Source: Botryllus schlosseri (lineage: Eukaryota). From it: a stretch of DNA of 64,000 nt. This document shows, in pieces, positions 1 through 14,175 of the stretch; position 1 is the stretch's first letter; every line of letters starts with the position of its first letter. The stretch lies in the NCBI GenBank assembly GCA_051294905.1, contig CM119381.1:17112001-17176000 (forward strand), written 5' to 3'. A program made the position numbers and the translations under genes. Under the pieces are notes generated by a model, which was not told the DNA's origin, did no database searches, and was given only the letters and a program-made list of their open reading frames with translations.

Positions 1-882
1 CCCTAATCCTAACCTAACCTAACCCTAACCTTAACCTAACCCTAATCCTAACCGTAATCCTAACCTAACCCTAATCCTAACCCTAACCCTAATCCTAACC
101 CTAACGCTAATCCTAACCCTAAACCTAACCCCTAACCTCCAAATCACTTGATAATATTATAATTATGTAATATACTACACATTATTAGTTAGTAGTTATT
201 AGTAGGTTTAAGGTTACGATTAGCGTTAGGATTAGCGTTAGGGTTAGGATTAGGGTTAGGGTTAGGGTTAGGATTAGGGTTAGGTTAGGATTAGGGTTAG
301 GTTAGGTTTAGGATTAGGCTAGAATTAGGGTTAGGATTAATGTTAGGGTTCAGGTTAGATAATATTATAATTATGTATTATAATACACATTATTAGTTCG
401 TAATAAAATTTCACACAATGTTCTCCGAGGGCCGAATATACCGATTGAATTCGGCTGCCGGTAAATTCGGCCCCGTAAACATCGGCATATATATATATAT
501 ATATATATTTATACGCATACCCTGTTCTCCAAATCACTTGATAATAATATAATTATGAAATTAATTCACATTAATAGTTGGTAATACATTTTTATAAAAA
601 ATTCTCCGAGGGCAGAATTGACCGAGTAACCAGTGAATTGACCGGTGAATTCGGCCGTCGGTAAATTCGGTCCCCGTGAATATCCGCGCTATCTCCCGTG
701 ATTACGCGATCTACGCATACCCTGACATCCAAATCACTTAATAATAGTATAATTATGTAATTAATTCATGTTAACGGTTGGTAATACGTTTTAATACAAT
801 ATTCTCGGTGGGCCGAATTTACTGATGTAATGGCCGAATTTGCCTGGGCCGAATTTACTTTGGGGCGAGTTTACTGGCAACC
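1..882. repeat. Degenerate telomere-like repeats in inverted orientation, (CCCTAA/CCTAA/TCCTAA)n at 1-137 and (TTAGGG/TTAGG/TTAGGA)n at ~206-357, within a ~190-bp-unit repetitive element
   Basis: Repeats read directly. The motif ccaaatcactt(g/a)ataata recurs at ~138, ~527 and ~728, and ggccgaatttac-type motifs recur through 420-870. The left end lies outside the window. Confidence 0.8.
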
Positions 883-1899
883 GACTCAGTTGCACGAGTT
901 AGAAAAATCTCAAGCAGTGTTGGAATTTGGCCTGTAGGCTATGGAATCGGTATCCTGCGCTCACCTATGTGTTATTTTGTTATCAATTTTTAATAGATTA
1001 CCTAAACATGGAGATTCATCGCTGTTCAACTGATATATCAGGCAAAACGTACCGAGATTCCAGTAGGGGAACTTGCAACTTGGAATGACTCGACTCGTCC
1101 TAAATGACATGTCTCACTCAAACCAAACGTTATATAGCCTACGTAAAAATAAATACATGATGGAATACCGGTAACAAGGGACGAGTTAATCAAGTAAATT
1201 ATCTGGTTGCTCTCACAGGTCACATGAGTGTGTTGGGAATAGAGAGTTATTCAACACTGGTTACTTCATGACTCAAATTTACTTCAAAATATGGTCAATC
1301 CACATTTATGAGACTCGAAACGCTGAGTCACAGTCAATCAAAGTTTGCAAATAGAATCGAGTCTTCCCAGCACTGCTCTCGTCTGGAATACCGAGAGGTA
1401 TCTTGTAATTAATCCACTAATATATAGTTATGTTTAGTTTGTCCGTTTGTGTGTACCACGCACCAGTATTCCCACATATCGATTCTATCGGACATTAGAA
1501 AACAAAATAATAATCCTATGAACACAGTTGCGGTTTTTACAATGAATAAATGATTGCGAAGAATACGTGAAGCCAATTCAACTAAATAAGTTTTAAATCC
1601 ACTATGGCGCTACACAGGAGCTGATGCTTTCATTATATAATTCGCAACAGCATTACAGAATCTAGAATCCTAACGAAGAAATTACGGTTTGGTATTTGAT
1701 CACTCACATTTACAATACTACAAATCTAACCTTTTTCGCAGGACGCCGAATCTATCCACGTGCAAAGCAATACAACGTAGTGTGCGGAATATTTTGACGC
1801 GCGATTTGAAGTGGAAATGCTAAGCGCCAATGCAAATTCCGCGAGACTAGCGAAAACAACACACGTGCCGTCGCTCACTAATCGGGTTCGGATACCAAA

Positions 1900-2480
1900 C
1901 CGGTTACGGTGTCCGATCAATATCGAGATTGCTATTACCGAGAATGGACATTACCTAAATGCAATATATGCAATTCTGTAGTTTTTGCAGTGACTCCGAC
2001 TGCAGTTTTACTGGCAGCCCCCCAACAGAGAATGCCATATTGTAACTTCGATTGGATTAAGGATTTAAAAAGTATCAGAAGAACCCAGGATGGCAGCGTT
2101 AAGGGTTGTAGAACAGGCCGCACTTCGGTGATTATCTAGTGTCTACGGACTGAATATGACTCTAGTCTTCCAGGACATGTCCGAGTCCAGTAAAACCACT
2201 GAGCTATATAAACAAACCCCGAGTTATTTTGCATTATCTGTGTCGGAAACGGGCTGACCATCGATGTTAACGGTTGAGTGGTCGTGTTTAACCTTAATAC
2301 AGCATTACGATTAACTGATATCAACAATTTTATCTCAAATTAGTTTACACACAGACATTTATTAGCTGACTTGAAGATTCTTATCAACATGACGTATTGA
2401 AGGGAGTACTATCATTAAAGAGATCGACGCAAATGTCCCCAGTTCGATTATAGACAGCAGCACCTTTAGTAGTGTTGTAG
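1900..2480 (-). pseudogene. Decayed non-LTR retrotransposon (CR1/L2/Crack-like) reverse transcriptase C-terminal fragment
   Basis: ORF 1935-2123 reads LFKSLIQSKLQYGILCWGAASKT, a typical post-RT LINE motif. Upstream, broken frames give VNIDGQPVSDTDNAK*LGV (KYLGV-like). Confidence 0.7.
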
Positions 2481-3566
2481 GTATATCTGAGCACCACATT
2501 CCCTAAGTGGCTGCTCTCACGGCTTTTTTACAAAAATACCAGAGAAAGATCCGGTCAAGGACAAATAGAAGGAAAGCGAATGAGACAAGACCGAACACTG
2601 TTACATCGGCCATAACGCGCAGGTGGATGTTATGTTAGATTGAGAGACCGTAATTGGTCGCTTCGAAATGTTCAATACAAATACACTGCCGTCTGCCTCG
2701 AGCAGATGAAAGATATAGAACCGCCGAGGCACTGATTATGATTGTATATTCGCCAGAAATAAAATTATCATAATATCACTCAGAATATGTCCACTTTCTG
2801 TGGATTTCATGTTGTAACACTCACACTGTTGCCCTACCTCGCCCAGACATTGCTTCATTGATCATTTGCTACCATTTTTTAATTTTTTTTCTATTTTTCT
2901 TTCCTAACTAAACACTTTTTTACAGCCAGACTGTTCTGAGTCAAGTGTACCTGTTTGATGCTGGTGTGATCAGACTAGATGACCTTCACGGTCTTATCGA
3001 TCATTCCTATCTAATACCGAATACTGTGTACGCATATTTTCTGTACCACCATCACTGCCGTTTGTTATGTATTTTGGTTTGATGAAAAATAAAGACTCTC
3101 TCTCTCTTGACCAAGGCATTGTTCATCACTGGGATTGGAGATTCGTTCACTTTTTGGACAAAATTACAGGTGGGCGCCAGATTAAAAAGCCCGTAACTGG
3201 TCGTTTCAGGATGCTAATAAACCGACGATTACTACAATACAAATCAATATTTGAGCTAGACTTTTAACGGACTCATAAAGAAGTATCTAGATCTAGTATC
3301 AAAGGTATCTAGATCTACATAATCTCTCTAATTTCGTCAGCTGCCATAGAAGTAGACCAAAATGCAAATATAGTCCTTATAATGAACTATCTATCATATC
3401 GACATGATTTAATTGTCGAAGGATAAAATAACCAGACATTGCATTCACTTTTGTATTCAACCCCATGCCAGAGGAGAATTAGAAACAGATAAGATCATTC
3501 TTTTACAAACGCCACAAGGTAGAAGGTACAGATTGGTACCCCTTTTGCATAGAAAAGGCCGGATAG

Positions 3567-6500
3567 TTAAAACCCAGGCGGGCACCATGAAGTTTCCTGA
3601 GGTTCTTGTTCAACTGTTAAACACTGAATATTGTCCCCAACTTCGATTCCGCATTCCACATGCCCTTCAAATATGATTCCGCATTCGTTACCAGTGGTCA
3701 CATTCGATAAAGTGGTGGCGCGCTGCCGCATCGATGACAATTTTCCTGTCAACAAGTTCAGTAAACTTAATATCGATCCATCGTATCAACCAAGATTTCA
3801 CCAGGGTTATAATGACTCGAACTCTAGTCCAACTCGAGGCCCGATTTTCTGACGACTCAACTTGACTCGAGTCATTTTCTCAAAATACAGAAAAGAGTCG
3901 ACTTGAGTCAATTTGTGTATTGACTGGACTTGGACTCGAGTCATTGCGCACGACTCGGACCAAGTCATATGACTCGAGTCTCAGACGGCCAAGACCGACA
4001 TGTCTTGTAATTTCGAAGAATAGTCAAGTAACCACACTGTTGGTATTTCGACTATTGGTACTGGTACTTGAAAATGCGACCGGAAACCGTTAAAAGTGAA
4101 GAAAATGAGTATATTTCAAATGCGAACCATTTGATATCACCAAACAGAGTTAAAAATAGTGGTTTTATCAAGACTTCAACTAGAAACTGAGCTGTCAACG
4201 CAATGACTTGGACTCTGACTCGGACTCGAATCATAATACCATGACTCGGACTCGACCCTCCTCTCACTGACTTGGACTAGGACTTGACTCGGTGGTGAAT
4301 TAAAATTGGCTCGACTTTACTCGAGTCAAAACTATTAAAGTGAGATTGGCTTGCGACTCGGAGCCTTGTGACTTGGTTACAACAATGGATATCATAAACT
4401 TACCTCTGTGCACAAGAGTACCGTTTCTAGTTATTGTGAAGACGTCGTTCACGGTTAATACACCAGAAGTCACCTTACAACCAGCAATAACCGTTTTTTT
4501 CTTTTGAAATACTTCAAGTACGTCTGCTTTACCTGCGAATCCATCAAATGTTATTGCATTTAATTAACCATCTAAGAATATAACATTACCTTTCACAATA
4601 TCTTTGTCGACCAAAGGCAATTTACTACCGATTTCTTCTCTCAAATCGTTAACGAGATTATAAATGATTTTGTGCTTGAAAATTGTTACTTCTTCGCCGC
4701 AATCTAAATCCTTTACCGCATCGGTATTGAATAAAAATATTGTGGCTGAAGGAAAAAATAGAAGTCATAACATTAAAATAAAAAAGAAATATGATGGCAC
4801 ATTACCCTTTAGCTCTTTGGCATGCTCATACTCGGACAGTTTCAACTGACCGACACCATAAGAAATCAGATTCAACACACATTCCTCTTCACAGTTATAA
4901 GAATTAATAATTTTCATGATAGCCTCCATTGAGCCGTCAACGTCAGCTGCAAAAATATGAACGCTCAATAAACTTTTAGACAAGTATTATGCATCAAGAA
5001 TCTACATCTTCACAATGGCAGTCATTTGCGAGGCATAAAAGAAAAAATTGAACAGCCTATCATCAAATAAAACCAGGTTTGCCAGTATCTATGTTAAATT
5101 TCATGTGCCAACCTCAGAGTGAAGATAACATAGACTGCATCTACCGGTATGTATCAGACTAAAAATATTCACGCTTTCGAGGATCATCGTTACGGAACAC
5201 AGTTTACCAGCTGCAACCAAATTTCCAATTTCTCGATGACTCGTACTCGATTTGAGTCACACAAAAAAACTTTGCCCGTACGGTATACACACGCTCACAA
5301 ATTCATGACTAATCAATGCAAACTACCTTTTATAATGATGTTCAGTACAGGGACTGAAAGGGTCTGTTTGCTACTTTCCAACAACTTTTGATAACTCGCC
5401 GCCTGGCGCTTGCGTTTCGTGTGGTACGTGGCTCGGATGTTTTCATAGTCTCTGCAAAATTTGTACAGCTGCAAAATCTTTTTTACAGACACAACGGTGT
5501 GAACGATCGCTAAAAAGCTGATCTAAGTGCTGTTATTTCAGTCAAATTTATTTGCTGGATTTGAAATAATACAAGAACCATTAAAAAATCGTTATGTCAT
5601 AGAACACTACAAGAACGATATATAACACGGCAATTCTACATCATATACATCATCATTGATAATTGAAGGATGAATGGTAATGGCTTTTACTAGAATCAAT
5701 AGGGGCATCACAAACAATACTGGGGAATGTGCCACCTTGGAAGAAACAACACAACACAATACTCTACCTTCTTTCGATGTCTCTTTTCTCAGACACTTGT
5801 TCCCAAATTTCTTCCGCGTTCAACACCTCCAACTCTTTCTCTCTGTATTTGAGAGCATCTTTCGCTTGCGCCTGTCATGTAAATGAATATGCTGTATTTA
5901 AATACCATTTGTATGCCGTGAACGAAGACATGGTGTGGCACAATAACTTTGCACAGCTGAGCACTATTAAATTAAGAACAGTCGGGAGAGGTATGCCCTG
6001 GCCATGAATAGTTTATAATAATAACAAGGACGATTGAAGTGACACTGCCAACCAGGGTCTTTCGCTAGCTGCTTAGTGAAAATAGCGTTCAATCCGACCC
6101 CCCATCCACCTTTCCTTGACAATAAAATTGTGTTTAGTCGACAAAAGGAACAAAAACATACAGTAGAGTCAATGTATTTGCTTCCCTGCAGTTGGTCAGG
6201 AGATAACTAATTCCACTCCTTGTCATCACATCAGTGACAGCAGGACCGTAACTGCCAGGGGGTCGAGCTCGAGGGGGCCAAAAGTACCATTTTCAGAAAT
6301 CATAATAAACATAAATTATTGAGAATTTTTTGAAAATTTATGCAGCTTTACTCAATTTTTTTCGCGCATTCTCTTAATCATTATTGGGTAGCCTTCCCCG
6401 GGAAAAAATACACATGATTTATAGAAATTAGCATCTCGGAGTGACCATCACCGCGCCACGGCGCATCAAAACATATAAAGTTTTAGGCCATGTAACACCG

Positions 6501-9500
6501 AGAAGTGTTGCGGAACGATCGGCAGCGAGTAAACCTTGGCCGATAAAGACCGTCCTTAAGCTGACCGAATGCAAGGATTTGAACTTCCCACATGGTGTAC
6601 ACATGTCATGATAAGTGATACTCGAACACAGACTCATTAGAAGCCTAATATTCGATTCAGAATCAAATCACTCTTCACTCTTCCCACGTACTCACCTCAC
6701 AATCGGCTTGAAGCGCAATTTGGCCGGCTGATGGTAACGTCCTCCAGCCAGTCACGCTGCCGGCTTCCCCAGAGCTCAAAGACTTTACAGTCTTTCCACT
6801 TGCATCGACTATTGATCTCACTTTCGCCATACTGTTTCCAGCGACCAAGATCTTTAAAACATAAAGCGTGTGAGCGTGTCATTAATAGCTGCAGGCGTGT
6901 TGCCACATACTTGCCCAACTCTGAGAGTTCCTTGCTTTAAAACAACGGTGCAAACGTTCCCCAAACCTTTTTGCACACGTGATTCCAAAATAAATCCTTG
7001 CACTTGCATGCTTGGATCGTAGTGCACCGAATGCATTAGGGCAGTGTCGACGATAGTTTGGATTAAATTTTGTAAACCTTGGAAATATCGCCCGAAAGAA
7101 TGTTGGATGTCGCTAAGGAAGGTACGGGATCAAAACACATTACCTATCTTCTTCAACGCAGATATTCTCACCGCGGGTACGTCTCCGCCAACATCTTCGC
7201 ACTCGATACCATTCATTTGCAAATCGTCAATAACCAAGTCCTGAAAATAAGATCAAACTACATCAATGGCGATTGCGGTCGGTGAAAGTTCCAAGACATG
7301 CATTACTGGAGCAGCGTCGTGTTTGTCACATTTATTGATGGCTACAACGACAGGTGTTTCAGCCCTCTTTATCATGTTAATAGATTCTATCGTCTGTTCC
7401 ATGACACCGTCGTCAGCAGCCACAACCAGCAAAACTATGTCAGTCACCTGTAATCAAGATAACTTCATTTACACTAAACACGAATTAATAATACATAGGA
7501 ATCTATTGCCGGAATCGCAGACTTCGGTTTATCATTTTAATGAAAAAAAAGGCCGTACTGAAACCCCATACATTCTCATATTTAGGCAGAAACATTCATC
7601 AGTTAAATGCCGTGTTGTGCTTACTCGGAAAGTTATTCTACTGCTAAATTTGCAGTGATATAATGAAATTATGGAACAATTCGGATCAATGGTGTTGCCA
7701 ATTGCCACCTAGTGGTTAGCATGGTTGCCACAAGTCAATCTCACTTATAGTTTTGACTCGAGTCAAGTTGAGTCATTTTCAATTCACCACCGAGTCAGTT
7801 AGTAGAGGACCGAGTCCGAGTTATAGTGTTTTGACTCGAGTCCTACTCCAAGTCATTATGATCATTGTTCACTGTTCAGTTTTCAGTTCAATCCGGTTCA
7901 ACCTACTTTTTTCATCTCTGCTCGAGTGATATAGAATGGCTCGCATTCATAATATCGTCATTTAGTCTGAACAGTTTCTGGCCCTATTTTCCAAGTATCA
8001 GGTCTGATAGAAGAAATACCGGTACCAATAATGTGTTTACTTTACTATTCTTCGAAGTTACAATGAAATGTCTGTCTCGGCAATCCTAGTCTCGAGTCAT
8101 ATGACTTGGTTCGAGTCATGCACAATGACTCGAGTACAAGTCGAGTCAATACAAAAATTGAATCGAGTCAATACAAAAATTGAGTCGAGTCATTTTACGC
8201 ATTTGAAAATAGGACTCAAGTCAAGCCGAGTCACCAAAAAATCTCGACTCGAGTCGAGTCATGACTACAGTCCTTACAACCCTGGTAGTTAGTATCGACA
8301 ATCACCTATCATAACAACACGAGGTGTAAATTTCTAGTGAATATGGAACTGTCATCTAAAGATATAATCAAAGATATGGGTATAGAAAGAAGAGCATTTT
8401 CAGAATGTTCCAGTATCAGTACTTTGTTAGCAGGTCAGTGCTGTTCGGTGTATTATACTAATAAATGTCTAATAAATATCATTTCAGCTGACATGTCAAA
8501 ATTGAATGCTTGCAGAATGACAAGAATTCCAAAATAAAGATATCCCATACCTGTGCTCCTCTTTCCCTCATTGACGTAAATACAGAATGCCCAGGAGTAT
8601 CGATAAATGTCACAGTATCTTTAGAAGGTAGCGGCACTGAATAGTCATCGTATTTTTTAAATGAAATAATATCCCAGGTATTGGTTACTCCTTACCAGAA
8701 AATGCCCCTATACTCTGCGTAATTCCACCGGCTTCATTTTGTGCAACTGATGCATTGCGCAGAGCATCGAGAATTGTTGTCTTCCCATGATCAACGTGAC
8801 CCATCACAGCTACTATAGGAGGACGGGATTTCAGTATGGAAATATCTGTAGTAAGTGGTCTACATCAACAATATTGAAAATACTTTGGGATGTAAGAATG
8901 TCCAAGAGTATCTAAATATACTTGGCAATGATGTCTTTGTTTTGATGCATCTCCAAGGAAGCTGTTTTGATATAGTCCACCCGATAGCCCAGTTTCTTCA
9001 TGATACAAGTTAATAAAGGATGCTGGAACTTTGCTATATGGAAGTGAAACATATGATAAATATGATAACAATACATTCCGATCCTCAACACCGATACTCA
9101 CTATTCAATGGATAGTCATCGCGCTCTACAAAACTCTGTTTTTCGCACAGCGCTTTCGCAAGGAAAACTTGCTCTAAAGATAGTATCAGGTTATTAGAGT
9201 TATACCAATAGCTTTGATTACTAGGTATGAATATCTATGAGTCTGCTGATTGAAGGTTGCATTGCTGTTGCCAGCCAAACCGAGCAAACAGCCCTGTATT
9301 CATGTACAAACAATGCACAATATTCCTTCTCGATATATCGAAATTTTAGGTTTAGGAGCAAAAGAAACTTCGGTACCAATTTTCAATACATAAATAAAGT
9401 GCCTTATCATAGTATCATAGCCTATATACTGGTATAAAGAGATGCAGTAACCATGAGAAAACATCTATATAATTTTAAATACCTATGCCTTCTCTACATG

Positions 9501-11451
9501 AGAGTCAAGAAGTAGTTTCAACATCTATAATAAACACATTTTTTCGAATCTTAGCTTTCGTGGGCCATAATCATGGATGCTACTGATAGAACACAAAATT
9601 ACCTGGTGTTCGTACAGTGGTTTTGACAATATCTCTGGCGGTCATCACATGAGGTATTGTTAGTAGCGGAATCCTCTTCCTTGCTGCCCTTTTCCGTTCT
9701 TGTTCCGCAGCGATTTGGGCATTTGTTCTATTCTATTCAACAAGAAATATATTCAGCCTGTGACCCTTCATTCAATCTGCCAATTTGTGTATCAGACGTG
9801 GTTTGAGCAGAGAAAAAATGCATCATGGTATGAAAGTTTTACCGTGACCTTATCAGATTAAGATTACAATAGACATTCACACACAGAGGTGGTCAGTAAC
9901 GGAGTACTTATACTCAACTACTCAAGTAGTTTTCCTCTACTTCTGGTACTTACTCAAGTGATTTTCTCTATTTCTACTTCACAATATTTTGTGATCTACT
10001 TACTGACTTCTCGCTATTTTCAGTTTGGCAAGTAGAAGTAGGTTGATCTCCCAATACGAAAGATAGCCGGAGGAATTTCGGGCTGTTTTCACTGAGTGCC
10101 AACATTTATTATTCATAAAAGTCAAGTAAAGCCCAAAAATTTTGTTGGGGTTCGCGCACAGTAGTTATGGAGTGGCAAGAATGTTTTCACGAAAGTATCA
10201 GTGATTAAAATTTAGGTACCGGATCCTTGGTTCCGCTCAAACCGCATTGTCGCCCATATCAAATATTTCATCAGAGTAAATAACAGTAAATAATAAAACG
10301 TTTGAAACTACCGCCTCGCAATCTAGCTATTAATTATCATTTCGTAATCTAGAAGCCCATGACGTGTCCTGCTAATCTGGAATATCCGGCTTTTCAAAAG
10401 TTACACCTGTTTTAGCAGATCTGCTTTGAAGGTTTATGGACAAAAACATGAAACATATTTTCCGCTTTTTACAAGTGGTATTTGTATTTCACTATGAATT
10501 CCAAGTAGGCCTATCATACTTTCAGTTCTAATTACTTTCAGTTCTTTTGTTTGCAGAACATACATGTTGAAGCATAAAACCAAGTCTAGTAGTGCCTCTA
10601 TTTTCCGAAAATATAGCTACATTAAAGCTAACTTTTACGATCCACAATGTTTGTTATTAACGTATAGCTTACTTAATTGCGCAAAAGTGTTGAAATCGTA
10701 TCCTATACAACTTCTCCGTATTGCTCTTCACCTAAACTTGGGGCCTTATAATATGGGGTAGGGTGCCATGCCACGATATTCTCTAAAACGGGTTCTTCTA
10801 GTAAACACAGGGTGAGTATTGCATTTTCATATCAATATTATAATTTGCATTCCATGATGTAAAACAGTGCTTCTTCTGTCGAAAATTGATACTTCTTGGG
10901 ATGCATCAATGCGAATCAAGCTCTCTACCTTCCGCATAGCTCAATTTTCAGCTTTTGACAGTCCATGCGAACGAATTAAGACTGTTTTCAAAACTTGGGT
11001 ACGGTAGATTTGAAGTCAGTCAATTCTACTTCTCCTTCAAGTAGTTTTAGGGGCTTAAGGTAGAAGTACTTGTACTCGTACTTGAGTAGATTTTTTCCTT
11101 GCTACTTCTACTTGAGTAGCTTTCTTGAATACTTTGACCACCTCTGCTCATTTATAGTGATAAGTTACCATTCGATCTTAAAAAAATATATTTTGATTGT
11201 TTAAATTAACTTTAACAATTGTTTACTGAATGACATGTGTGTGATGTGCATACCGTACAGATCTAGAAGTGCTTTGAAACTTATATTACCTTTTTATCTT
11301 TGGCTCCAAACCGACGTGGTTGTTGAAAGTTTACAGAAGTCTTGCATACGTGATTAGCAAGCTTTCGTTGTATACATAATCTCGATAATCCTCGACCTTG
11401 AATAGCACATCCTATTTTGCCAACTGTCGATGGCAGATATGATGTAGACAT
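3567..11451 (-). CDS. MTIF2: Mitochondrial translation initiation factor IF-2, multi-exon
   Basis: Approximate exons: 11290-11451 (basic presequence-like [12 protein letters not shown]...RRFGAKDKK), 9603-9735, ~8915-8995, 8695-8862 ([30 protein letters not shown]), 8556-8637 (DTPGH), 7307-7447 ([19 protein letters not shown]), 7139-7231, 6911-7078, 6699-6851, 5768-5872, 5329-5452, 4807-4948 ([10 protein letters not shown]), 4590-4746, 4402-4533, 3567-3745 (ECGI...WCPPGF*). Introns are GT-AG with matching phases; splicing between ~9000 and 9600 is unresolved. Confidence 0.95.
3800..4388. mobile_element. hAT-type MITE, GACTCGAGTC family (CAGGGTTGTAA termini), in a MTIF2 intron
   Basis: Termini cagggttataatgactcg and gtgacttggttacaac, with many subterminal gactcgagtc palindromes; homologous to the copy at 57883-58387. 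Confidence 0.8.
7735..8284. mobile_element. GACTCGAGTC-family MITE (one end truncated)
   Basis: Ends in ttacaaccctg; its interior matches the copies at 37144 and 45281. Confidence 0.75.
9884..11146. mobile_element. hAT-type MITE, CAGAGGTGGTC family with AGTAG/CTACT subterminal repeats, in MTIF2 intron 1
   Basis: Terminal inverted repeats cagaggtggtca / tgaccacctctg. Shorter relatives at ~18374-18565 and 37607-37845. Confidence 0.75.
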
Positions 11452-11929
11452 CGTGATAGCTCTACTCGTAATCCAATAGATCAAAGCAATAGTTAACCAC
11501 CACTTATGATGGGAAACACGCTACATTCCTACTGTTCAGATTGATAGAAACAAAATATCAGGCGATGTTATAAACATATAAGTGATAGTAGCCCTCACCG
11601 TAGCACACCAGAAACCCAAACCAGCAAAGACGATGTTGGTTGGCTGCACCATCTCGTTTTCCAGACTCCAATCACAAATTTTGAGATGAGATCACTAGAC
11701 ACCACAGCTCAGCGGAAAGAATGCAAAACTACACCTCGTAAGGGCCCCGTGGATATAAAGCTGTATCAGCTGTATCGCAAGCATGGGATTCGCAGCACAA
11801 CCATCACTGAGCTATGTAAATAAACATGTTTCTGTCAAGGTCTAACGGCATAATCATGTAGCAGATTCTCATTTGTATCTCTGCGTATCATCTCAATCGT
11901 CAGATTATATTTTCATCTGATCAAGACAC

Positions 11930-12235
11930 TCATGTACAGTGCGATGTAACGATGTCGAACGACCAGTTGCGATTGCAGTTGCGGTCCCACTGGCATCAAC
12001 CTCGCACCTGGCGCCCAATATCACAGTTCCTTCTTCGATGTTAGTCTCTATTCCACGGCTCTTTCTTGCTATTTCCATTATTTGTGGGGGCACTCTTTCA
12101 TCGGCTCTTTTTCCATTTTTTGTCGCCAAAAGAACAGAGACACGGGGAAGAGGAGCCCAGACGCGGAATCGAACCAGAGCAGCCTGGGGGTAGGGCTCTT
12201 TTCGAAAAATCACTAACTTTGCTCCGATACAATTT
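11930..12235 (-). mobile_element. tRNA-derived SINE (degenerate copy)
   Basis: B-box ggttcgattcc on the minus strand; the body aligns with the copy at 41521-41945. Confidence 0.65.
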
Positions 12236-12856
12236 CTACCGCAGCATGTGACTATAATATCCACCTGGATCAATTATTTAATCGTTGGCGTCAATATTTT
12301 TCTTTGGACACTGCGCACGACACACGACGCGCAACCATAAAGGGTATACAGTAGGCCTACATGGTGCAACTCAAAACTGTAGTTTGTAGAGATTGTACGA
12401 GTACGTACAACGCGATGCACGATTAGAGGTCGACCGATATTGATTTTACAGGCCGATACCGATATATCGACACACTCACAAGGCCGGTAACCGATATCAT
12501 AGGCCGATATTAATATGGAAGGAGCAGAGAACAATTTCACCAAAAATATCACATATTAGGCAAGATGGCACTATAGAGTATGACTGGAGTGACGACTCGA
12601 TTGTTCTCCCATTGTTAGCCGGCAGAATGGTCACGGTCAGATGGATCCACCCAAAACAGGATAGCTCAGTGCTTGTTTCAATGGCGTTCAAGGCGATTCT
12701 TCGTGTATTTCTTGAAGTTGCGTCGGAATTAGTTAGACAGTTCAACATTTAGGTAGCGGTGGCGAGTCGTTATGACTAGTGAATAATACCGTATAGCCTC
12801 TGTTATATTTTTCGCCAGATTTAGATCATATTTCGTCACGGATAGAAATCGGTATC

Positions 12857-13905
12857 ATGACTGATTCAGCTGCATCACTTTGGGATGACTGGGAGGGACT
12901 GACTGAAATGGAAATTGAAGAATGTTTCGAAGGACTCCATAACTGGAAAGGTGTGATTTGTGAGGAATGCGAAGCATCCTTTCCGACTGTGAAAGCTCTG
13001 AAAAAAACATTACAAAAATCATAAAGTTCCCACCAGTACTTGGGATATATCTGAGGATGCTGTAATTGCTGTTATGAAGAGGGCTTGTGTGAATACCAAA
13101 AAATACTTTGAATGCGCCCCATCATTCGAGGAACTGGACGTGACCAAAGCTGTTCCATTGGTGAAACAACTGCATTCTGAATATTGCAAACTTGGTGTTG
13201 ACGGATTTTATCAACATTATTCTAATATCCGTCACCAAGCTAACAAGTTGCTGGGTTTGCCGCAATTGCCAGCTTCAGCATTACTTTTGAAGATGTTTGA
13301 TTCTCTCGTGTGCGGTAAAGAACTGAATCCAATCACAGAGATTGGAGAAGTCAACAGCAAGGAATCTGGTAAGTAAATAGCCTTTGATACTTTGCCTTTC
13401 CATGGAAAAACTTTGACATGATTTTAGACATACTTGAATATATTGTTGGAGTGCTTTTGGGGGCCATTTCTAAGCAAGCTAACGAAGCAATTGCCACATG
13501 CCTAACATCCGCAGCGCCATCGGGAAACCTCATTAAAGTGATGCAGAAGAAAGTCGGTGGCTTGAAGAGCACGTCTGAACAGTTTCATGCCATGGTGCTC
13601 CGCTTTTATGTTATCCACAGTAAAGAAATGGCAAAACCCCTGAAAAAGATCAATTTTTTCAGGGTACTTGACGCAATTCACTGTGATCCATTCTTTAACA
13701 AATTAATCATGCTGTGTCACTTCAATCCGGCTCAGACCTAAATGAGGTTGAGGATGTCATGTACAAGGCAATGAGACACTTGAATAACATCTTGTCTCAC
13801 AATTTTGCAAAGTTTGCATTGCATGAGAAGCAAAAAAAAGTCCTCCAAATTTTCCAAAAGTTTGCCAGATGGCTTGATAAAAAAATGAACAATATACTCT
13901 TTTAG
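12857..13905 (+). pseudogene. Transposon-encoded protein: acidic N-terminus, C2H2 zinc finger and a region resembling the P-element/THAP9 transposase C-terminus; two frameshifts and one intron
   Basis: ATG at 12857. CEECEASFPTVKALKK/HYKNH is split by an extra A in the A-run near 13003. The ~59-nt GT-AG intron at ~13369-13427 joins KES-DILEYIVGVLL, followed by LIKVMQKKVGGLKSTS. A second frameshift occurs near 13730. The domain assignment is by eye. Confidence 0.65.
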
Positions 13906-14175
13906 TATGGTAGTTTTGTCTCTCTGTGGCAAATGCTGCCTATCCACATTGAGGTTCCCTACCTAAAAAAGGAAACCAATGCGTTGGTCGAAACCTTGAC
14001 GTGGTGCATTGGCTTACTACTAATGTCGACCGGCAGACGTCTTCCTGTGTTCTTGGCAATGACAACGAGTTCCCTTCAAGTGCGATTTTGCACACTTTCA
14101 AGGAGTAAGCTCTGGCTATCGTGAGTCGAGCTCAAGCAGAACATTAACATTACACAAGGCTCTTGTTCTAGTCAT

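Noticed and set aside
1-357. True chromosome-end telomere
   Set aside because: The repeats are degenerate, short and immediately followed by the inverted G-rich tract within a repetitive unit.
3520-3566. Possible plus-strand terminal exon (VEGTDWYPFCIEKAG*) whose stop abuts the MTIF2 stop
   Set aside because: No recognisable protein family and no upstream exons could be linked.
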